32,000 bases of DNA, taken from NCBI RefSeq assembly GCF_000145295.1, contig NC_014408.1, positions 780,001 to 812,000 of the forward strand. Reading direction: 5' to 3'. A program made the position numbers and the translations under genes. The DNA comes from Methanothermobacter marburgensis str. Marburg (GTDB lineage Archaea; Methanobacteriota; Methanobacteria; Methanobacteriales; Methanothermobacteraceae). Below are positions 26,720 to 32,000 of this stretch, piece after piece. Position 1 is the stretch's first letter, and each line of letters starts with the position of its first letter. Under the pieces are notes generated by a model, which was not told the DNA's origin, searched no databases, and saw only the letters and a list, made by a program, of their open reading frames with translations.

Positions 26720-29700
26720 TCAAACTGGTCTGATGGTATCATCCTCAACCACCACCTCACCCCTCCGGGCCATCTCCTCTATGACCTTTCTGATACCTGT
26801 GGCAGTCTTCCTGCTGGTATTTTTAAAGCCAAACATCCTTGAGACCCGTGTCACAACCTCATCAACCTCTGAGGTGGACCTGAGGGCTATTCTCACAGCC
26901 TCCTCAATCTCCATTGGGGATATGAGTGAGATGTCAACCCTGCCAGTCCTTCTCCTCACGGTGACCGGCATGGACTCTGTGAGGAGCAGGAAGTCACCGC
27001 TCCGCTTGATGTTACCGTTGTTCTCTGCCATCTCAATTGCAGAGTTTATTATGCTCCTCACCCTTCGCCCTGCTCTTCTAAGTCCACATGACTCTCTTAT
27101 ACGCCTTATAACCTCCTCAACATGCACAGGACCCTCCATTGATACTATCTCACTCACAACGGATGATATCACGGGTGTCGGGTTTTTGTAGAGGTCGTCG
27201 GGTTTTCTTAACTTATCGGTGCTGTATTCGACGTAACTGGCAACAGCCTCCCCCCTGGATTCATCGGAAAGCTCCAGTGGTTCTGCTGCATCCTGCTCTT
27301 CTATGGTGGACTCATCTAAATCCTCATCAAACTCAGGGGGTTCAGGGTCATCAACCTCCACCGGAATCCCCACCTCAGTCACCTCCTGTAGCTCCCTGGA
27401 TTCCCTGGTTTTATCAACTATCTCAGAGAGGCCATCTGCAACCTTCCTCTGTGTCTCATCCCTGTTCCGGTACCAGTCCGAGGACCAGAGGTGGATGATG
27501 TTCCAGCCCAGGTTCCTGAGGATCTCCTCCCTGAGCCTGTCACGGTCCCTTGCAACCTCCGCCCTGCTGTACATCTCACCATCGGTGAGGATCCCTGCAA
27601 TGTACCTGCCAGGGTCATCGGGGTCCTTAACCGCGAAGTCAACCCTGAAACCGGCGCACCCGACGCCCCGGTCAACCTCGAATCCCTGGTCAACCAGGAA
27701 CTCGTATACCGAATCCTCAAAGAGGCCCTGTGAATTACTGGTGGAATCTGAGTCAAGCACACCTGTCTCTGCGTACCTGAGGAACCTCTTAAGTGCCCTG
27801 ACACCGAAGGGGGTTCCAGGTCCGGTTTTAAGGTCCGATGCCCTGAAGTTGGTGAAAACCACACACTTCTCACGGGCCCTGGTTATGAGGACGTTCAGCC
27901 TCCTCTCACCGCCCTCCTGGTTCAGTGGCCCGAAGTTGAGGGACATCCTTCCGTTCTCATCAAAGCCGTAGCCCACACTGATGAAGATAACGTCCCTCTC
28001 ATCCCCCTGTATGGTTTCAAGGTTCTTTATGAAGAATGGCTCATCGGTCTCCTGATTTATGAGCCGCTCAAGTTCAGGGTTCTCCCGAAGCCTCTCCTCG
28101 AGGGCCTCAAGTATGGCGTTCATCTGGGCAACTGAGAATGTGCCCACACCAAGACTCCTTGATGTGCCGTACCTCATGAAGTGTTCCTCTATGGCCTCAA
28201 CAACGGCTGCGGCCTCGAGGGGGTTGGATGAGGTTCTCCCGCGCTCATATACCGTGTCTGGAAGGTACCTGAGGTGGAGTCCCAGTTCCCCATCCTCCCT
28301 TGAGGGTGAAGGGTACACCAGGAGCCTGTTGTCATAGAACTCCTGGTTTGACACCGCGATCAGGGACTCGTGCCGGCTCCTGTAGTGCCACCTCAGCATC
28401 CTCACAGGGAAGCTCCTCTTGCAGAGGTGGAGTATGCTCTCAATGTCAGCCGCTGTGGCCACGTCCTCAGAGTCCTCCTCAGATGTGAGCATCTGGTCAA
28501 AGAAACTGGTTGGTGGGAGCTGGTTGGTATCACCCATCACCACAGCGTTCCTGGCCCTTAGGAATGCCCCCAGGGCGTCCTCCGGTTTAACCTGTGATGC
28601 CTCGTCGAATATCACCACATCAAACTGGAGTTCACTGCTCCTCGGGTCAAGGTACTGTGCAATGGAGAGGGGGCTCATCATGAAACAGGGCTTTATCCTC
28701 TTTATAACGCCACCTGCAAGTTTAAGGAGTTTCCTGAGGGGCATATGCCCCCTCTTACGTGTGAATTCACCGCTGAGGATGCTCTCCTCAGAGTCTGGAG
28801 CCGCCCCTCCAAAGACTGTGGGCATGTTGCTTGTGAGCTGATGTATGAGCCTCTTCCTGTTGAGCTCGATTATCCTGGAGTCAAGCTCCCTGAACTCCCT
28901 TATCCTGGCCTCATGGAGGTCACCAATGAAGGTGTAAAGGGCTGGTATCTCCCTGAAGGCCCTCTCAAGGAGGGCATCTGCAAGGTTACCCTCCATTGCA
29001 TGCCTTATATCCTCCATGCTGATTATCCCAGACTCTATTAGTGGTATGAATGCGGCCCCCCGCGTCTTCATGCAGAGCCTCTTCTTCTCAAGGTACTGGG
29101 ACCAGAGGGGGAGGAGGTTGAGGGCCTCCCTCCAGGCCTTAACCCTTGACCTCCAGGCGCGGAACGGAACCTCCTCCGGTGCTGAGTTGAATATGACATG
29201 GGCATGGGTGTTTATCCTTGTCTGGAGCTTTGAAAGTTTATCCTGGAGTTCACTGTGGATTTCGAGGATTTCATGGAATTCAGAGAGAAGCCTATCACCG
29301 TCAAGGCCATCAGAGATGCACTCCAGTGCCCTCTCTGATATGAGACCATCGCTGTGGAGGTCCCTGAACCTCACTATCCACTCCGCGGTGGCCCTCAGGT
29401 CCTGGATGGATGGGTTTTCCGGGTTCCACATTGAACCAAAGAACCTCTCGGCCACCCCACTGTACCTTTCAAGTTCCCCCCTCAGGCTCATGACATCAAT
29501 CAGGTTCTCAAGGTCCTCCACGATCTCATAGTCATTCTCAGGGGCCCTTCCAACGTAAAGGGCTTCTATCTCATTCCTTACCTTCCTGTACCTGCCGCTC
29601 AGGAATTTTATCCTGCTGGATGACTCCTTGAGGTACTCCCTGAGGAGGGCCTCCAGATCCACGCTGTGGACAGATTCATGGAACCTGTCGAGTATCTCCC

Positions 29701-31510
29701 TCCTGCGGGTGTATGCCTCGAGTTTATCAAGAAGGGTGAAGGCGTCGGCCCTGTAGCGGTCCCAGATCTCTGATTCAAGGACGCCAAGGTCGAAGGGGCG
29801 TGACTCTGCAACCACAGAGACCACCTCCCCGAGCCTCTCAAGGTCCCCTGTATTCTTAACTGGGCTGAAGCCGTACCTCTCCTGGAATTCCCTGAGTGCT
29901 GCCATCAGTTTATCGGTAATCTTCATCACCGACTCCAGGAGGACCTCAAGTTCCCTCACATCGGAGGGTAGCATCATCCCGGGGTCGGTGCCTGACCACG
30001 GGTTCTCATGGAGGGGTGGGAGGAGTTCTGCGAGTTTTGCAAGGTTTCTCAGTTCCACCAGGGCCTCGTCCCACTCATCGGGGGTTATGGTCTCAGGTGA
30101 GGGTATCCTGACGAATGGCAGCTCACCATTGAAGTATCTCTCTGAGCTCTCCTTCATCCCGAATAACTGGAAGGGTGAGAGCTGTATGCTGTACAGTGGC
30201 TCATGGAGGGCTCTCCTGTACTCGTTGAGCTCATCGCGCAGCTTCTCAACCCTCCTGAATTCCCTCTCGGCGTCTGGCCTCTCTGCCTCTGCCTCCATGA
30301 GGGTTGACTCCAGTTCATTGAGGACGTCCTTCTTCCTGGCCTTGTGGGAGTGGAGTTCAAGGCAGAACCTCCCGAGGCCTATGGAGTCAAGCCTGCTCTT
30401 CACAACCTCGAGGGCCGCCATCTTCTCACTCACAAAGAGTACCGTCTTTCCTGCGGCCATGAGCTCGGCTATGAGGTTCACTATGGTCTGGGACTTCCCT
30501 GTCCCTGGTGGCCCCTCAACCACAAGGTTCTTACCCGCCTTTACATCCTCTATAACCGCGATCTGGGATGAGTCGGCGTCAACCACGTGGTAGAGGTCCT
30601 CGTAGGGGATGCTGTCTATGTCCACCTCCCCGTCGTCCTCATCGATTTCAATGGAGAATAGGGCCTTAAGGAGGGGGCGTTCAACTATCTCATCCCAGTT
30701 TGAGTAGGATGCCGGGTCAAGGTCCATGTACATGAGGAACTTGGTGAATGAGAAGAAACCCAGCTGGACCTCATCGGTGACCCCCCAGCCATCCATGGAT
30801 TTCACCGCGTCCTCAACCTTCCTGAGGTACTCCGAGATCCCTGACGGACCCTGGGGCATCCTGAATTCAGGTAGTTCGATTCCCTCCTCCCTGAGCCTGG
30901 CCTGGAGTGACATGTTGGTTATGATCTCGCTGCCATCCCAGCGTAGTGAGAATGATGAGCCCGCCCTTCGCCTCTCAAGGACCACCGGGACGAGAACCAG
31001 GGGGGCCCTCCTGATGTCAGGTTCATCTGCGGCCATCCACTCAAGGAAACCCAGGGCGAGGTAGAGTATGTTGTAGCCCTGCTCCTGGATCATCGTCCTG
31101 GCCCTCTGGTTGATGTAGAAGAGCCTCCTCTGGAGTTCAGATTCTGTGAGGTCGGTCAGTAGGACGTTCTCATCATCGGGTTTAAGGTCCTCCAGCTCAT
31201 CACCGGGGTCAAGCTCCCCTTCACTTTCAGGGTCCTCCAGCTCGTTAACGGTATCCACTTCACCTTCAGGGTCCTCCAGGTCATTACCGGGGTCAGTCTC
31301 TTCTTCAGGTTCCCTCCTGGGGGCCAGTTTCATCTTACCCCCGTTGAGGACAAGGTATGTGTATATGTATTCAGGGTCGTGGTTCACAACCTCAACCGTC
31401 CTTGACCTTGGCCTGAAATTCAGGAGCTGGTTTCGCATTGTGAGGTCAAGGAGTTTCTCCCTCAGGTTCTCAAATTCCCTCTCGATGATCTTCCTCGCAG
31501 ATTTATCCAT
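26720..31510 (-). CDS. Large SF1 (Upf1-like) helicase-nuclease: DUF4011-like N-terminus, AAA_11/AAA_12 helicase, Vsr/DUF559-type (REase_MTES_1575-like) nuclease, DUF3320-like C-terminus; Hhe-like
   Basis: 1596-aa ORF. The N-terminus KLLDLTMRNQLLNFRP is DUF4011-type. Helicase motifs: Walker A EGPPGTGKSQT, VIFDEASQV (II), GDTNQLPP, RWHYRSRHESL, QGDERDVIFIS, LNVLITRAREK. The nuclease module is VYEFLVDQGFEV..GFRVDFAV....ILTDGEMY...RDRDRLREEILRNLGWNIIHLWSSDW. The C-terminal PVHVEEVIRRI..CGLRRAGRRV is DUF3320-like. Confidence 0.9.
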   Translation of the reverse strand: MDKSARKIIEREFENLREKLLDLTMRNQLLNFRPRSRTVEVVNHDPEYIYTYLVLNGGKMKLAPRREPEEETDPGNDLEDPEGEVDTVNELEDPESEGELDPGDELEDLKPDDENVLLTDLTESELQRRLFYINQRARTMIQEQGYNILYLALGFLEWMAADEPDIRRAPLVLVPVVLERRRAGSSFSLRWDGSEIITNMSLQARLREEGIELPEFRMPQGPSGISEYLRKVEDAVKSMDGWGVTDEVQLGFFSFTKFLMYMDLDPASYSNWDEIVERPLLKALFSIEIDEDDGEVDIDSIPYEDLYHVVDADSSQIAVIEDVKAGKNLVVEGPPGTGKSQTIVNLIAELMAAGKTVLFVSEKMAALEVVKSRLDSIGLGRFCLELHSHKARKKDVLNELESTLMEAEAERPDAEREFRRVEKLRDELNEYRRALHEPLYSIQLSPFQLFGMKESSERYFNGELPFVRIPSPETITPDEWDEALVELRNLAKLAELLPPLHENPWSGTDPGMMLPSDVRELEVLLESVMKITDKLMAALREFQERYGFSPVKNTGDLERLGEVVSVVAESRPFDLGVLESEIWDRYRADAFTLLDKLEAYTRRREILDRFHESVHSVDLEALLREYLKESSSRIKFLSGRYRKVRNEIEALYVGRAPENDYEIVEDLENLIDVMSLRGELERYSGVAERFFGSMWNPENPSIQDLRATAEWIVRFRDLHSDGLISERALECISDGLDGDRLLSEFHEILEIHSELQDKLSKLQTRINTHAHVIFNSAPEEVPFRAWRSRVKAWREALNLLPLWSQYLEKKRLCMKTRGAAFIPLIESGIISMEDIRHAMEGNLADALLERAFREIPALYTFIGDLHEARIREFRELDSRIIELNRKRLIHQLTSNMPTVFGGAAPDSEESILSGEFTRKRGHMPLRKLLKLAGGVIKRIKPCFMMSPLSIAQYLDPRSSELQFDVVIFDEASQVKPEDALGAFLRARNAVVMGDTNQLPPTSFFDQMLTSEEDSEDVATAADIESILHLCKRSFPVRMLRWHYRSRHESLIAVSNQEFYDNRLLVYPSPSREDGELGLHLRYLPDTVYERGRTSSNPLEAAAVVEAIEEHFMRYGTSRSLGVGTFSVAQMNAILEALEERLRENPELERLINQETDEPFFIKNLETIQGDERDVIFISVGYGFDENGRMSLNFGPLNQEGGERRLNVLITRAREKCVVFTNFRASDLKTGPGTPFGVRALKRFLRYAETGVLDSDSTSNSQGLFEDSVYEFLVDQGFEVDRGVGCAGFRVDFAVKDPDDPGRYIAGILTDGEMYSRAEVARDRDRLREEILRNLGWNIIHLWSSDWYRNRDETQRKVADGLSEIVDKTRESRELQEVTEVGIPVEVDDPEPPEFDEDLDESTIEEQDAAEPLELSDESRGEAVASYVEYSTDKLRKPDDLYKNPTPVISSVVSEIVSMEGPVHVEEVIRRIRESCGLRRAGRRVRSIINSAIEMAENNGNIKRSGDFLLLTESMPVTVRRRTGRVDISLISPMEIEEAVRIALRSTSEVDEVVTRVSRMFGFKNTSRKTATGIRKVIEEMARRGEVVVEDDTIRPV

Positions 31511-31571
31511 TCAGATTCTCCCTCAACAGTTATATCCCGCACCGAGGTACTGGGCCCTACATTCAGATTCT

Positions 31572-31579
31572 ATTATAAA
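31572..31579 (-). promoter_or_regulatory. TATA-like box (TTTATAAT on the minus strand) upstream of the helicase-nuclease gene
   Basis: It lies about 62 nt upstream of the ATG at 31510, in the only sizeable intergenic gap of this block. GAGGGAG lies just upstream of the start codon. Confidence 0.35.
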
Positions 31580-31606
31580 GATCATTAGCTGTCTGCACTC
31601 ATCCCA

Positions 31607-31933
31607 TCAGATCTTCTTCTCCTTGGGTGCTGTGGTGGCTGCAACCCTGTAGAAGACATAGACAAGGACGATGTCAACCAACCATATTATGGAGGCTATT
31701 ATCTCATCATTCCAGGGTATCGGGTGGAATAGGTCAATGAGGTCCATCACCCTCGTGGCCGAGAAGAATATCATTGAAACAGCGAATACCCTCAGGAGGA
31801 ATGTGGTCTCATTGATGTTGGAGAAGAGCATTCCCAGGGCCGCCTCACTGTATCTCAGGTTGTTGAAGAGTATCCTCGCTGCAAAGTACAGGGTCAGGAT
31901 GGGTGGTATCATGATGAGCCAGCCAGGGACCAT
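31607..31933 (-). CDS. Small 3-TM membrane protein, unknown function
   Basis: 108-aa ORF. Its ATG overlaps the stop of the upstream partial gene by 1 nt (TGATG). It has three hydrophobic helices and a lysine-rich tail. Confidence 0.6.
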   Translation of the reverse strand: MVPGWLIMIPPILTLYFAARILFNNLRYSEAALGMLFSNINETTFLLRVFAVSMIFFSATRVMDLIDLFHPIPWNDEIIASIIWLVDIVLVYVFYRVAATTAPKEKKI

Positions 31934-32000
31934 CAGGCATCACCCCCCATGACCGAGGCCAGGAGTCCCACCGCTACAAGGAGAAAGAGGGCGTTGAGGT
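31933..32000 (-). CDS. Partial CDS (C-terminal end only): hydrophobic/membrane protein
   Basis: The reverse-strand frame reads ...LNALFLLVAVGLLASVMGGDA* with its stop at 31933-31935, coupled to the next start. The gene extends beyond the right edge. Confidence 0.4.
   Translation of the reverse strand, partial: LNALFLLVAVGLLASVMGGDA

Noticed and set aside
31508-31571. 12-bp direct repeat cattcagattct at the helicase start codon (31508-31519) and 52 bp upstream (31560-31571)
   Set aside because: It is short and AT-biased, and a single pair could arise by chance. No function can be assigned without comparative data.
26703-31652. Long plus-strand ORFs (162, 222, 171, 201, 168 aa and others) antisense to the helicase-nuclease gene
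   Set aside because: They lie entirely inside a strongly supported 1,596-aa gene, are Ser/Leu/Arg/Pro-rich low-complexity translations without SD sequences or recognisable motifs, and are typical shadow ORFs caused by codon bias.
1-32000. Mobile-element or integrated-virus boundaries (integrase, transposase, tRNA-adjacent att sites, IS inverted repeats)
   Set aside because: None was recognised in any frame. The window cannot be called a mobile island from sequence alone.

Overview
The 32-kb window is densely coding. By inference only, it looks like the chromosome of a Methanobacteriales-type thermophilic methanogen (Methanothermobacter-like). Supporting signs are GGAGGTGA-type Shine-Dalgarno sequences, TTTATATA-type TATA boxes, oligo-T terminators, a tungstate Tup transporter and a giant adhesin-like surface protein. 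No rRNA, tRNA, CRISPR array, transposase or integrase was recognised.

Gene content from left to right:
- a partial receiver-like gene;
- a heavily frameshifted DUF169 pseudogene;
- a divergent cluster of three zinc-ribbon proteins (Zn-ribbon/PH-like/SHOCT, a multi-Zn-ribbon protein, and an M48 metalloprotease with a Zn ribbon);
- a giant surface protein of about 2,940 aa, built from carboxypeptidase-regulatory-like repeats and split into three ORFs by two frameshifts;
- a DUF1232 protein;
- a UvrD-type helicase fused to a Cas4/AddB-type 4-Cys nuclease;
- a metal/oxidative-stress group (ZIP transporter, DPS-like ferritin, cytochrome-b5-like protein, and a rubredoxin-TPP-enzyme fusion broken by an in-frame TAG and a frameshift);
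- a tupCBA-like tungstate ABC transporter;
- a stand-alone ATP-cone protein;
- a polytopic membrane protein;
- a co-directional block of two small 3-TM proteins, a 7TM-PAS-PAS histidine kinase with no adjacent response regulator, and a 1,596-aa SF1 helicase-nuclease (DUF4011 / Upf1-like helicase / Vsr-DUF559-like nuclease / DUF3320, Hhe-like), with more small membrane proteins upstream.

The best candidates for an undescribed system are:
- the helicase-nuclease, sensor kinase and small-TM-protein block (24.07-32.0 kb);
- the UvrD-Cas4 fusion with DUF1232;
- the zinc-ribbon/M48 cluster next to the giant surface protein.

The window also holds three perfect short tandem duplications and three independently disrupted genes. 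These need read-level verification. All domain calls come from motif recognition by eye; no database search was run.
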